The notes below the pieces were generated by a model. That model searched no databases. It had not been told where the DNA came from and saw nothing but the letters and a program-made list of their open reading frames with translations. A stretch of DNA of 64,000 nt from an uncultured Gemmatimonadales bacterium (GTDB taxonomy: Bacteria > Gemmatimonadota > Gemmatimonadetes > Gemmatimonadales > GWC2-71-9), in contig CAWCFX010000004.1 in NCBI GenBank assembly GCA_963795085.1, positions 480,001 to 544,000 of the forward strand, written 5' to 3'. Shown here in pieces: positions 53,185 to 63,189 of this stretch. A program made the translations under genes and the position numbers. The stretch's first letter is position 1. Every line of letters starts with the position of its first letter.

Positions 53185-53652
53185 ATGCCGGAAAACATGA
53201 CCCCTCACGTGTCGACTCCATTGCCGTCGGTCTTCAGCCCCCTGGCCAAGGCGTTGCTGGATGGGTTCAGCGAGGGCGTGGTCGTCTTCGATTCAGAAGG
53301 CAAGGTCCTTTACGCCAACCAGCAGGCCCGCGATGCGCTGGAAGGTACCATCGATCTCTCCGATGCCTCGCAGGACATCCTGCCCCGCCTGGCCGCAATG
53401 GGCGGACGCCTGCGCCCCCTTCGGGTGGGTAGCCTTGAGCTGGGCGAAGCCATGTTCATCCCTGGTGTCAGCGGTCCCACGACCCTGGCTGACCGCGAGA
53501 AGGAAGCCATTGTACGCACTCTCGATTCTCACGGCTGGAAGCTCGCCGAGACGGCGAAGTCGCTGGGCATCAGCCGTACCACTCTCTGGCGGCGCCTCAA
53601 GGCCTACGGACTTCACCGCGACGGGCGCAGCCGCTGGGCCCACTCGGCCTGA
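53185..53652 (+). CDS. PAS domain plus Fis-type HTH protein
   Basis: EGVVVFDSEGKVLYANQ; TAKSLGISRTTLWRRLK. Confidence 0.88.
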   Translation: MPENMTPHVSTPLPSVFSPLAKALLDGFSEGVVVFDSEGKVLYANQQARDALEGTIDLSDASQDILPRLAAMGGRLRPLRVGSLELGEAMFIPGVSGPTTLADREKEAIVRTLDSHGWKLAETAKSLGISRTTLWRRLKAYGLHRDGRSRWAHSA

Positions 53653-53705
53653 TCCGCGCTCGACTCCGTTCTTCCCGGCTCCCCGGCCGGCGGCATCCCG
53701 CGTTG

Positions 53706-55855
53706 GTGCGGCGCTGGGCCTGCTCCTCGGCCTGACCGCTTCACCGCTCCCCGCTCAGCAAGACGACACCGCTCCCTTTGCCAATTCCGCGACCCGGCAC
53801 CTCGTCGAGGCGGCGATGGCCCGGCATCGCGACCAGGATTCCCTGGTACACGACTACCGCGCCACCATTCGCTACCGGATGTCGTTCGGTCTCGGCCGGC
53901 GCCGGTGGGCACGGGCGCTTACCATGGCGGTGGAGGAACAGCAGGGGCTGGTCCACTGGCAGCGGCCCAACGACCTGCGCCTCGATATCCTGGGCCGCCG
54001 TTCCGCCTCGCGCCGGGAAGACATCAACCTCAGCACTAATTTCGACCGCCCGTGGTTCGTGCCCCGGGGTCTCGGCGATTCGGTCCGCTTCTTCGGGAAC
54101 GATTTCCCGGAGCGCGCGGCCCTCCACCCCCTGGCTCCCGATGGTGCCGACTGGTATCGCTACGCACTGGAGGACAGTGTCGCCTTCGCCAATCCGGAGC
54201 TGGGGCAGGTCAAGCTGTATCGGCTGTCGGTCATTCCCCGCCGCAACGGGCCCTCGCTCATCGCGGGCGCGATGTACCTTGATGCCCGGACCCGGGACGT
54301 GGTCCGGCTCACGTTCCGCTACGTCGGGACCGCGCTCTGGATCGATGCCGGGGACGACGAGTTCAGGGGGGACTCGACCCGGGCTCGGCGGGCGAACGCA
54401 TTCGTCAACCGGATTCTCAGCGTCAACGCCGACCTGGAATACAGTCTGCAGGATGGCAAGTACTGGATGCCTTACCGCCAGCTGCTGGCCGGCACCGCGC
54501 AGATCCCCCTGATCAGCGACGTGGTGGTGCCGTTCGAAGTGATCACCTCATTCAGCGGCTACGCCATCAACACCGGGACGCCGGTTTCCTTCGTCATGTC
54601 GCTTCCGGATAGCGGGGCCGTGGAGGAAGGGCCCGACAGCAGCCGTCACGGGGGCGATCACGCCTATGATGCGCGGCACCGGGCGGCCCGCTGGAATGGG
54701 GGACGCTACGAGGTCCACCGGGCGCGAAAGGATTCCCTGGAGGCTTTCGATGGCTGGTCGGACAGCCTGCATCTCGACCTGGCGGCCGCCGATGACAGGC
54801 GGCTGCACGAGCTGACGGGGGACCTGGCCCGGCTCTCGGAGGAGTTGCCCTCGGAACTGACGGGGCGGCGTCTGCATGGCATCAGCTACGATCGGTTTGC
54901 CGATATCGCGCGCTACAACCGGGTCCAGGGCCTCTCGCTGGGACTGGGCTACCAGGTCCGCCTTCCCTGGGCCTTTACCGCCCTCCGGGGGACCGGCCGG
55001 GTGGGTCTCAGCGATGGAAGGCTGACGGGACGCCTGGCCATCGAGCGGGACGCGCCGGGCGGCAGCCTCGCAATGGCCGGATACCGGGAGGTAACGCCGG
55101 TCGAGACCTTCACGCGCGGCTTTGCTGTGGGGAATTCCATCAACGCGCTGTTGGTCGCGCACGACGACGCGGATTACTACCTGGCCGAAGGCGGCAGCCT
55201 GGTGTATGAGCGCTCGCTGCGCAGAGGGGTTGACCTGACGCTGGGGGCGCGGCTGGAGCGCCAGTCCAGCGTGGCGGCTGAGGCGGAATCGGAGGTCAAC
55301 GACCTCCTGGGAGGGGCGGGCGTGTTCGCACTGAACCCGGGTGTCCGTCCCGGCGAGTTTGCCGTCGGTTCCGCGCGCCTGGAGGGTCAACGCGGCGTGA
55401 CCAGCTGGAGTCTCAGCGGCGAAGGGTTCACCGGCGAGGGGGAGGCCGTGGCCCGGCTCGAGGCTGGTCTGCGGCAGCGATTCGGGGGAAAGGGCGGGCT
55501 CACAGTTTCCGCCCGTGCGGGGATAGCCAGCAGTGCGGCCCTTCCCCAGGCGCTTTTCCGGGCCGGCGGGCTCAAGACCGTGCGGGGTTTCGACTATGGA
55601 ACCGCCCGGGGCGAGGCGTTCTGGTCGGTGCAGGCCGACTACACCTGGTCGGAAAGCTGGGGGCCTCGCCCCGTGGTGTTCTTCGATGCGGGCCAGGCGG
55701 ACCGTCCCGGGGAGCTCTTCAGCCAGGAACCGCTGCTGGGCGCCGGGGTTGGCGCATCGCTGGCGCGGGGCCTGGTCCGGTTCGACCTGAGCCATGCGCT
55801 CACTGGCGATCGCCGGAGGATGCGATTCGATATCGTGTTCTCGGCCCCGCGATAG
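53706..55855 (+). CDS. Outer-membrane protein with BamA/ShlB-like C-terminal barrel; start uncertain (possible 1-nt deletion ~53720)
   Basis: RYNRVQG, GGLKTVRGF, FFDAG, C-terminal barrel strands. Adding one C gives the signal peptide MRRWALLLGLTASPLPAQ. Confidence 0.75.
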
Positions 55856-55907
55856 GCCGGAGCGGGCGGTCTTACCCTCACCTACCCACTCCCTTAAGTT
55901 CTCCTCC

Positions 55908-56366
55908 ATGGCGAAGCCGTTTGTGGTGGAAGAGTACGTGCGGTGGTCGGACGTAGATGCGGCAGGGATTATTTTCTACGGTTCCTACGTCCGCCTGTTC
56001 GAGCTGGCGGAGATGGAACTGTTCCGGGCGGCCGGCATCCCGTTCGGCACCGTCTTCGAGACCTATGACATCTACCTGCCCCGGGTGCAGGTGCACACCG
56101 AGTTTCACTACCCGGTCCGCCTCGACGACCGGCTGAAGGTGGCGGCGTACGTGAGCCGCATCGGCACCAAGTCCATCACCATGAGCTTCGACGTGGTGCA
56201 TATCGGCACCGGGCGGCTGGGTGCCGAAGGGCACCTGGTGCTGGTGTGTACTTCCCGTGAGGAGTTGACCTCCCGCCCATTGCCGGTGGACCTGGTACGG
56301 CGCCTCGAGCCCTTCACGCTGAGCGTCCCCGCGGCCCGGGCAATCTTGGGCCTGGAGTCAGCATGA
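55908..56366 (+). CDS. Acyl-CoA thioesterase (4HBT/YbgC family)
   Basis: VRWSDVDAAGIIFYGSY..FE. Confidence 0.9.
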   Translation: MAKPFVVEEYVRWSDVDAAGIIFYGSYVRLFELAEMELFRAAGIPFGTVFETYDIYLPRVQVHTEFHYPVRLDDRLKVAAYVSRIGTKSITMSFDVVHIGTGRLGAEGHLVLVCTSREELTSRPLPVDLVRRLEPFTLSVPAARAILGLESA

Positions 56367-56875
56367 GAGCGGTGATCCTGGTGATACTCTCGCTGCTCCC
56401 GGGGTGCGGGGACGGAGGAGACGGATCGGCCCGGCTTCAGCTCTCCTGGACGGGGTCGGATACCGGCGCGTTCAGCGGGCCCGCCACGGCGATCTGGTGT
56501 GTCCGGGATACGGCACTCGAGGTGAGCGCGGCCGCCGGGGATACCGGCATCGCCTTCGCACTGCTGCCCGCGGACAGCGTGGTTACCGGTTCCTACGCCG
56601 TGGGCATGCCGCTCGCGATGCGGGCCCGGCCCGGCGCCCGGGTGGCCCTGCGCTGGCTGGGTGTGAACATGATCGACGGGTACTACGGCGTCTCCGGGGA
56701 AGTGGTCCTGGATTCGGGGGCGGCGCTCCAGGGACGTGTCGAGGCCACGATGCGTGACGTCAACACGGGGACCGAGGTCACCGTGCGGGGGCGGTTCGAT
56801 GGGCTCGCAGTTGAGCAGGGATCGCCCAATGCCTGCGGGTCGGCTGGCAACATCACAGCAGGGACGGAGGGTTAG
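56363..56875 (+). CDS. Hypothetical lipoprotein
   Basis: LPGC lipobox; ATGA-coupled to the upstream gene. Confidence 0.75.
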   Translation: MRAVILVILSLLPGCGDGGDGSARLQLSWTGSDTGAFSGPATAIWCVRDTALEVSAAAGDTGIAFALLPADSVVTGSYAVGMPLAMRARPGARVALRWLGVNMIDGYYGVSGEVVLDSGAALQGRVEATMRDVNTGTEVTVRGRFDGLAVEQGSPNACGSAGNITAGTEG

Positions 56876-56878
56876 CCG

Positions 56879-58090
56879 GTGGCGGACAGCACCTATTTCA
56901 GAAAAGGGTTCGGACTCAAGGGCGCCATCGAAGGCACCCTGACGCGGGACTATCACAGCGGACTGGTGGAGACGCTCAAGGCCGGCGGATACCGGCTCGA
57001 GGTGGGGCCCCTCACCTTTACGCTGGCGCGGGAGTTCGGTTTCTGCTATGGCGTGGACCGGGCGGTGGACTACGCCTACGAGACCCGCGCGAAGTTTCCC
57101 GACCGGCCGATCTCTCTCGTGGGCGAAATCATCCACAATCCCCACGTCAACCGCAAGCTCGAAGAGATGGGCATTCGGTTTCTGATGCGAAGCCCCGAAG
57201 GCGAGTTCGATTTCGGCCATCTCACGACGGACGATGTCGTCATCATGCCCGCGTTCGGAGTGACCATCGCCGACTTCGAGCGGCTGCGCGGCATCGGGTG
57301 CGTCATGGTGGATACCACCTGCGGTTCGGTTCTCAACGTGTGGAAGCGGGTGGATAGCTACGCCCGCGACGGCTATACCGCCATCATCCACGGCAAGCAC
57401 TATCACGAGGAAACCAAGGCGACCGCCAGCCAGGTCATGAAGTACCCGGGCGGGCGGTACCTGGTCGTGCTCAACATGGCCGAAGCGCGGATGGTGTGCG
57501 ACTATATCGAAGGCCGTGGCCCGGTGGACGGGCTGCAGCGCCATTTCGCCCGGGCGGTTTCTCCGGGGTTCGATTTCGCGGCCGACCTGGTGCGGGTGGG
57601 GCTCGCCAACCAGACTACGATGCTGTCCCAGGAGTCCCTGGCTATCGCCGAGGAGTTTCGCCGGAGCATGGAGGCGCGGTACGGTGCCGAGCAGCTGGCG
57701 TCCCACTTCCGGACCTTCGACACGATTTGTTCGGCGACCCAGGAGCGGCAGGACGCCGTGGTGGAACTGCTGGCCCGCCCGCTCGACGTCATGGTGGTGG
57801 TGGGCGGGTATAATTCCAGCAACACCTGCCACCTGGCCGCACTGGCGCAGAGCCGCGGGGTTCGCACCTTCCATATTGAAGATGCCCACGGGATCGACCC
57901 GGCAGGTTCGATTCGGCACCAGCCGGTAGGCCAGAAGATCGAGACGGAGGAACCGGGCTGGCTGCAGGACGCCATCCGCATCGGCATTACCGCGGGCGCT
58001 TCCACTCCCAACAACAAGATCGGCGAGACGATTTCCCGGATCTGTGCATCCGCCGGCTTCGCGCCGGAACTGGAGCGGCTGCTCGCCTGA
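56879..58090 (+). CDS. ispH: 4-hydroxy-3-methylbut-2-enyl diphosphate reductase
   Basis: FGFCYGV, IIHN, DTTC, NQTT, TICSAT.ERQ, SSNT, AGASTP. Confidence 0.96.
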   Translation: MADSTYFRKGFGLKGAIEGTLTRDYHSGLVETLKAGGYRLEVGPLTFTLAREFGFCYGVDRAVDYAYETRAKFPDRPISLVGEIIHNPHVNRKLEEMGIRFLMRSPEGEFDFGHLTTDDVVIMPAFGVTIADFERLRGIGCVMVDTTCGSVLNVWKRVDSYARDGYTAIIHGKHYHEETKATASQVMKYPGGRYLVVLNMAEARMVCDYIEGRGPVDGLQRHFARAVSPGFDFAADLVRVGLANQTTMLSQESLAIAEEFRRSMEARYGAEQLASHFRTFDTICSATQERQDAVVELLARPLDVMVVVGGYNSSNTCHLAALAQSRGVRTFHIEDAHGIDPAGSIRHQPVGQKIETEEPGWLQDAIRIGITAGASTPNNKIGETISRICASAGFAPELERLLA

Positions 58091-58102
58091 AGCGGGCCGA
58101 CC

Positions 58103-59050
58103 ATGTCCTACCGCCAGGTCCAGGTCTCCGGCTTTCCCGCCGTCGCCCTCCGCTCGGCCGAGCTCGAGGTTGTCGTCATTCCCGCCCTGGGCGGCAAGCT
58201 CACCAATCTCCGGAGACTCAAGGGCCGGGAGTGGCTCTGGCGCAGCGACCAGATTCCCCTCGCGGCGCCCCGCGCCGGCACCAGCTACGTCGAAACGGCG
58301 GACAGCGGCGGGTGGGACGAGTGTTTTCCCACCGTGGGTCCCTGCCCGATGCCGGGACGCCCCGGCCTCCAGCTTCCCGACCACGGCGAGCTCTGGAGCC
58401 TGCCGTGGGAGTGTCGAGTCTATGACTTCGCGGAAGGAACCGGGTTCACCGGCACGGCGGTGGGAAGCCTCCTGCCCTACGAGTTTCACCGCGAGGTCAT
58501 TCTCGACCGGCAGGAACCGCTGGTGCGCTTTCAGTATCGGCTGCGCCACCTGGGAGATGCCCCTTTTCCGTGGATCTGGTCCGCGCACCCCCTCTTCAAT
58601 GTCCGGCCCGGTACCACGCTTACCCTTCCCTCGGTGCACGAGGTCAGGGTCGATGCGGCCGTGGGCCGGCGGGAGGGGAGGGGCGACGTGCTGGCCTGGC
58701 CGCCCGCCGGAGCGGCATCTATGGTGCTGCCGGAGGGTGAACGCTGGGCGATGAAGTTGTTCGGCGATATCGGGGCCTCGGGCCGGGCCATCCTGACCGA
58801 CCCCGCGATGGGGGAGCAACTGGAGTTCGTCGTGCCCTCCGAACAGGTGCCCCAGGTCGGGATCTGGATCAACTGCCATGGCTGGGCGCCGGAGGGCAAG
58901 CGACCGTATTACAACCTGGCTGTGGAGCCCTGTATCGGGGCGCCGGACCGGCTGGACGACGCGGTGGATTCATGGCATCTCGCCCAGATGCTGGCGCCGG
59001 GCGAGACGAGGGAATGGGGGTTCGAGGTGTGGCTTCCAGAGGTTCGGTGA
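58103..59050 (+). CDS. Aldose 1-epimerase / galactose mutarotase-like protein
   Basis: GGWDECFPT, DHGELW, WSAHP, AVEP. Confidence 0.8.
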   Translation: MSYRQVQVSGFPAVALRSAELEVVVIPALGGKLTNLRRLKGREWLWRSDQIPLAAPRAGTSYVETADSGGWDECFPTVGPCPMPGRPGLQLPDHGELWSLPWECRVYDFAEGTGFTGTAVGSLLPYEFHREVILDRQEPLVRFQYRLRHLGDAPFPWIWSAHPLFNVRPGTTLTLPSVHEVRVDAAVGRREGRGDVLAWPPAGAASMVLPEGERWAMKLFGDIGASGRAILTDPAMGEQLEFVVPSEQVPQVGIWINCHGWAPEGKRPYYNLAVEPCIGAPDRLDDAVDSWHLAQMLAPGETREWGFEVWLPEVR

Positions 59051-59075
59051 GAGGTGGGAGGAGATAAGTGAAATG

Positions 59076-59990
59076 TCACGCATTCGGTCCGAGGGTCCGA
59101 ACGATCTCCATGATCGTTTGGGGGGCGCTGCCTTCGGCCCGGTTGTTCACCAGGATGTAGGCGGGGATGCGCATGGCGCGGGCCTGCCCGATCAGCCGGG
59201 CCACGTCCGACCGCATCTCCGGGTTGGGTTCCCGGATCCGGTCGTAGGGCGAGAAGGCATCCACCGCCTCGTCGTAGTACATCCCGGGACGCAGGAGGAC
59301 CCGGGCCACCGTGAATGGGGCGGTGATGGATTCCGGGATATCGAGCTGGCTGCCGATCGTGGGCATCCGGGTCCATGAGTTGAACACGTGGGAAACGCCG
59401 TGCTCCCGCAGGACCGCGAAGTACGCGGGTGTCAGGTATTCCTGGTTCCGGATCTCGACGCCATAGCGCCCCTCCCGCGGCAGCACTCCGAAAAACTCGT
59501 CCAGCCGGTTGGCAAACTCATCGGGAGCAAGCCGGCTGGCCTGGAACTCGAAGATGAATGGCCCGTCGTGGCCGCCGAAGTGACGCCGGTAGGGCTCGTA
59601 CATTTCCCGGACAAACAGGCCGGCGTTGAGATAGTCGGGGTTGAGTGCGCCGCGGGGGCCGTCTCGCTGGCCCGAATGGGTGTGGACGGTGATCTGGTCC
59701 CACACCTTGCTGACACAGGGAAACCCCGGCGGCAAGACCGCGGCGTACGACTCCAGGGTCGCCGCGGAGGGAGGGCGGTAGAAACTGGAGTCGATCCCGA
59801 CCGTACGGAACAGCGGAAAACGGGCATACTCTTCGAGCATCCGCGCCGCCGGGGCCGACTTGGGGTAACTTCGGTGATAGACCAGTCCGCTCCACCCCGT
59901 ATAGGTCCAGGTCGATGTCCCGAACAGCACCTGGTCCGGCACCCGTGCCGCCAGGGCCTCGATTTCGTCCCGGTTCGCAAGCAGGTCCAT
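59076..59990 (-). CDS. DUF72-family protein
   Basis: FGTSTWTY..W, TVGIDSSFY, VEIRN, NNRAEG. Confidence 0.9.
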   Translation of the reverse strand: MDLLANRDEIEALAARVPDQVLFGTSTWTYTGWSGLVYHRSYPKSAPAARMLEEYARFPLFRTVGIDSSFYRPPSAATLESYAAVLPPGFPCVSKVWDQITVHTHSGQRDGPRGALNPDYLNAGLFVREMYEPYRRHFGGHDGPFIFEFQASRLAPDEFANRLDEFFGVLPREGRYGVEIRNQEYLTPAYFAVLREHGVSHVFNSWTRMPTIGSQLDIPESITAPFTVARVLLRPGMYYDEAVDAFSPYDRIREPNPEMRSDVARLIGQARAMRIPAYILVNNRAEGSAPQTIMEIVRTLGPNA

Positions 59991-60061
59991 GGCTGGAATG
60001 TGCGCTGGCCCCGCCCCCACCGCCAAGGCCCCGGACCATCTACACCACCACGAGGATCCTC

Positions 60062-61426
60062 ATGCCGCTCCGATTGTCGTTGCTCGCGCTCCTGCTCGCC
60101 CCCGTCCTCCATGCCCAGGCCGGCCCTACCGCACTGCAGGCACGGTATCAGCCGGCCGCCGACCGTCTGATCCAGGCCGCGCTCGCCGATAGTGCCGCCT
60201 ACCGCCGGCTGGCGGAACTGGTGGACCGGTTCGGCCACCGCCTGAGCGGCTCGGCGAGCCTGGAGCGGGCGATCGACTGGATGCTGGCGGAGATGCGCCG
60301 CGACGGTCTCGACCGGGTACGCGGAGAGCGAGTCATGGTGCCCCACTGGGTGCGGGGTGAAGAATCGGCGAACCTGGTGGAGCCCCGGCCGATGCCGCTC
60401 CCCATGCTGGGCCTGGGCGGCAGCATTGGGACGCCGGCGGGCGGTATCACCGCGCCGGTGCTGGTGGTGAGCAGCTTCGCGGACCTGGCCGCGCGAGCCG
60501 CCGAGGCTCGAGGCAGGATCGTGCTGTTCGATGTGCCGTTCACGACCTACGGGGAGACCGTAGCCTACCGCCGCAATGGCGCGGTGGAGGCGGCCCGGGC
60601 CGGCGCGGTCGCCAGCCTGATCCGGTCAGTGGCGTCCGGGTCCATGCGGTCGCCACACACCGGGTCCATGGCCTATGACTCCAGCGTAACACGAATTCCC
60701 CACGCCGCGATCACCGTGGAAGACGCGGCCATGCTGCACCGGATGCAGGAGCGGGGGCAGCGGGTGGTGGTGCGGCTTCACATGTCGGCCGAGACGCTGC
60801 CGGACGCGGAGAGCCGGAACGTGGTGGCGGAACTGCGGGGATCGGAGTTGCCCGAGGAGATCGTCGTGCTGGGCGGCCACATCGATTCCTGGGACGTGGG
60901 GCAGGGCGCCATGGACGACGCGGGAGGCGTCGTGGCGGCCTGGGAGGCGGTGCGGTTGATGAAACAGTTGGGATTGCGGCCCCGGCGGACGTTGCGGGTG
61001 GTAGGCTGGACCAACGAGGAGAACGGGCTGCGGGGCGGCAACGCCTACCGCGATGCGCACGACGCCGAACTTGCCAACCATGTCCTGGCCATCGAATCCG
61101 ATGGCGGGGTCTTCCGTCCCCTCGGCTTCGGCTTCCAGGGCTCGGACTCGGCGTTCGCCCGGGTCCGCGACGTCGCCCGGCTGCTGCGGCCGATCGGGTC
61201 CGATTCGATCGCCCGGGGCGGCGGCGGGGCCGACATCGGCCCTATCATGCAGCGCGGGGTGCCCGGCATGGGGCTGAACGTGGACGGCACCCGCTACTTC
61301 TGGTACCATCACAGCGATGCGGACACCATCGATAAACTGGACCCGCGCGACGTGGGCCTCTCGGTGGCGACCCTCGCGGTGATGGCATATGTCATTGCGG
61401 ATATGCCGGAGCGGCTGGCGCGATAG
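60062..61426 (+). CDS. M28 carboxypeptidase Q-like peptidase
   Basis: GHRLSGS, SPHTG, GHIDSWDVGQGAMDD, NEENG, YHHS.AD. Confidence 0.93.
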   Translation: MPLRLSLLALLLAPVLHAQAGPTALQARYQPAADRLIQAALADSAAYRRLAELVDRFGHRLSGSASLERAIDWMLAEMRRDGLDRVRGERVMVPHWVRGEESANLVEPRPMPLPMLGLGGSIGTPAGGITAPVLVVSSFADLAARAAEARGRIVLFDVPFTTYGETVAYRRNGAVEAARAGAVASLIRSVASGSMRSPHTGSMAYDSSVTRIPHAAITVEDAAMLHRMQERGQRVVVRLHMSAETLPDAESRNVVAELRGSELPEEIVVLGGHIDSWDVGQGAMDDAGGVVAAWEAVRLMKQLGLRPRRTLRVVGWTNEENGLRGGNAYRDAHDAELANHVLAIESDGGVFRPLGFGFQGSDSAFARVRDVARLLRPIGSDSIARGGGGADIGPIMQRGVPGMGLNVDGTRYFWYHHSDADTIDKLDPRDVGLSVATLAVMAYVIADMPERLAR

Positions 61427-61588
61427 GGGGACCTGGCGCCAGGCTGCCTTGAACTGCCCCTCGCGGAGGCCCCGGGGTTAGCCCAGGACGCGGAGCCGGA
61501 CAACAACAAGATGAGACGTGACGATGTGGGCGTCAGTGCTGGACGTTGCCACGAAAGCTTTCAGGTACTTCGTGATTTCGTGATTGAG

Positions 61589-61960
61589 CTACCCCTGGGG
61601 CGGGACCATCGTCAGCGTACCGGTCCCGCCTTCTTCGTCGGTGCAGGGGCCGCTAAAACTGCCGCCCTCGCCGGGGACGAGCACGCAGTTGACCACCACG
61701 CCCGGTTCCCACTGGAAGAGAAGCTTGCCTTCCTCGAGCCGGATCTGGGAGAGGGGAAAGCTCTCGCCATCGGGGGCGATCAGGGCGATCGAGAGGCTGT
61801 CCCCATCGTTCCTGACCTCGAAGGTGATATCAAAGGCTTCGCCGCCCGGGCCGGCCCCGGTGCCGCTCCAGGTTCCCGACTTGAGGCCCTGGGCTTCGGC
61901 GCCGGTGGTGGCCCCGCTGAGGAGGGCCAGCAAGGCCAGGACACGCACGGCTGATCGCAT
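61589..61960 (-). CDS. Small secreted hypothetical protein
   Basis: Signal peptide MRSAVRVLALL..AEA; beta-rich; Cys pair. Confidence 0.7.
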   Translation of the reverse strand: MRSAVRVLALLALLSGATTGAEAQGLKSGTWSGTGAGPGGEAFDITFEVRNDGDSLSIALIAPDGESFPLSQIRLEEGKLLFQWEPGVVVNCVLVPGEGGSFSGPCTDEEGGTGTLTMVPPQG

Positions 61961-61989
61961 GATACAATCCGGAAGGGGGAGCGTAAAAG

Positions 61990-62325
61990 CTACTGTCCTG
62001 CTGCCCGGGGGCGCCAGCCATAGCGATCGAGATCGATTCTTCCCTCCCGGTCCACCTTTACCCCTTCCTCCCGGAGCACCAGGGCCTGGAGCCGGTGGTC
62101 GTCGGAGCCGGCCCGGGGACTGACCCGGCCGGCCGCGTTGACCACCCGCTGCCATGGCACCCGGGTCCCGCTTTCCAGCGCGTGCAGGGCATATCCGACC
62201 TGCCGAGCCCGGCCGGGCAGGCCCGCCAGGCGGGCTACCTGGCCATAGGTCGCCACCCGGCCCCGGGGTATCCGCCGGACTACAGCATAGATTCGAAGGT
62301 AGGAGGATCCGGGAGCGTTCTTCAC
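61990..62325 (-). CDS. Alkyltransferase-like (ATL/YbaZ, MGMT family) protein
   Basis: IPRGRVATYGQVA, ARQVG, PWQRV (Trp in place of the active Cys). Confidence 0.9.
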   Translation of the reverse strand: MKNAPGSSYLRIYAVVRRIPRGRVATYGQVARLAGLPGRARQVGYALHALESGTRVPWQRVVNAAGRVSPRAGSDDHRLQALVLREEGVKVDREGRIDLDRYGWRPRAAGQ

Positions 62326-62444
62326 CGCCGTTCACTCCATCCGGGGGCGAAGCCGGGATCCTGTGCGATGGCGCACAGCGACCCGGGCCGATTTGCCTCT
62401 AGGTTGCGCCAGAGCCGATCCAGGACCTTCACGAAGGAACCACG

Positions 62445-63176
62445 ATGCCCAGTCATGCGCTGCAGAAGCTGATTCCGCCTGTGAACGTTGGAGAAACCGA
62501 ACGCTGGCTCTCGGTGATTGCCGGGGTCGGCCTGATCGCCTGGGGGCTTAACAGCCGCCGGCTCCGGAGCACCCTCCTCCCCACTGGCGGCGCGCTCCTG
62601 CTCCGCGGGGTCAGCGGGCGCTGCTCCGTCAACCAGGCGCTCGGCCGCGACACCGCCGAAGCCGAGCCCGAGTTCGACAGCCCGGTGGCCAGCGTGCACC
62701 GGGGCGAGGGCATCCGGGTCGAGAAGACCATCACGGTGTACCGGCCCGCAGAGGAATTGTACCAGTACTGGCGCAATTTCGAGAACCTGCCGCAGATCAT
62801 GCGCCACGTGGACTCGGTTACCCTGCTGGATGATTACCGCTCGCACTGGGTGGTGGACGGGCCGGCCGGGACCCACTTCGAGTGGGACGCCGAGATTCAC
62901 AACGAGAAGGAGAACGAGCTGATCGCGTGGCGCTCGCTCGACGGGGACGTCAACCACGCCGGGTCGGTGCGTTTCCGTCCCACGCCCACCGGCCGGGGCA
63001 CCCAGGTGCGGGTGGAACTGCGTTACGAGCCGCCGGCCGGCATGCTGGGCGCCGCGATCGCGCGGTTGTTCGGCGAGGAGCCGTCGCAGCAGGTAGCCGA
63101 GGACCTGCTCCGGTTCAAGCGGGCGATGGAAGCGGGCGAGGTGCCGGCGATCGGGGAGCAGCCCACCGGGCGTTGA
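62445..63176 (+). CDS. SRPBCC / polyketide cyclase family protein
   Basis: NVGETER, WRNFENLP, EWDAEI, DLLRFKRAMEAGE. Confidence 0.9.
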   Translation: MPSHALQKLIPPVNVGETERWLSVIAGVGLIAWGLNSRRLRSTLLPTGGALLLRGVSGRCSVNQALGRDTAEAEPEFDSPVASVHRGEGIRVEKTITVYRPAEELYQYWRNFENLPQIMRHVDSVTLLDDYRSHWVVDGPAGTHFEWDAEIHNEKENELIAWRSLDGDVNHAGSVRFRPTPTGRGTQVRVELRYEPPAGMLGAAIARLFGEEPSQQVAEDLLRFKRAMEAGEVPAIGEQPTGR

Positions 63177-63189
63177 GCCACCGGCGGGT

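Noticed and set aside
61427..61588. Possible ncRNA or gene remnant between convergent genes
   Set aside because: No recognisable motif or convincing structure.
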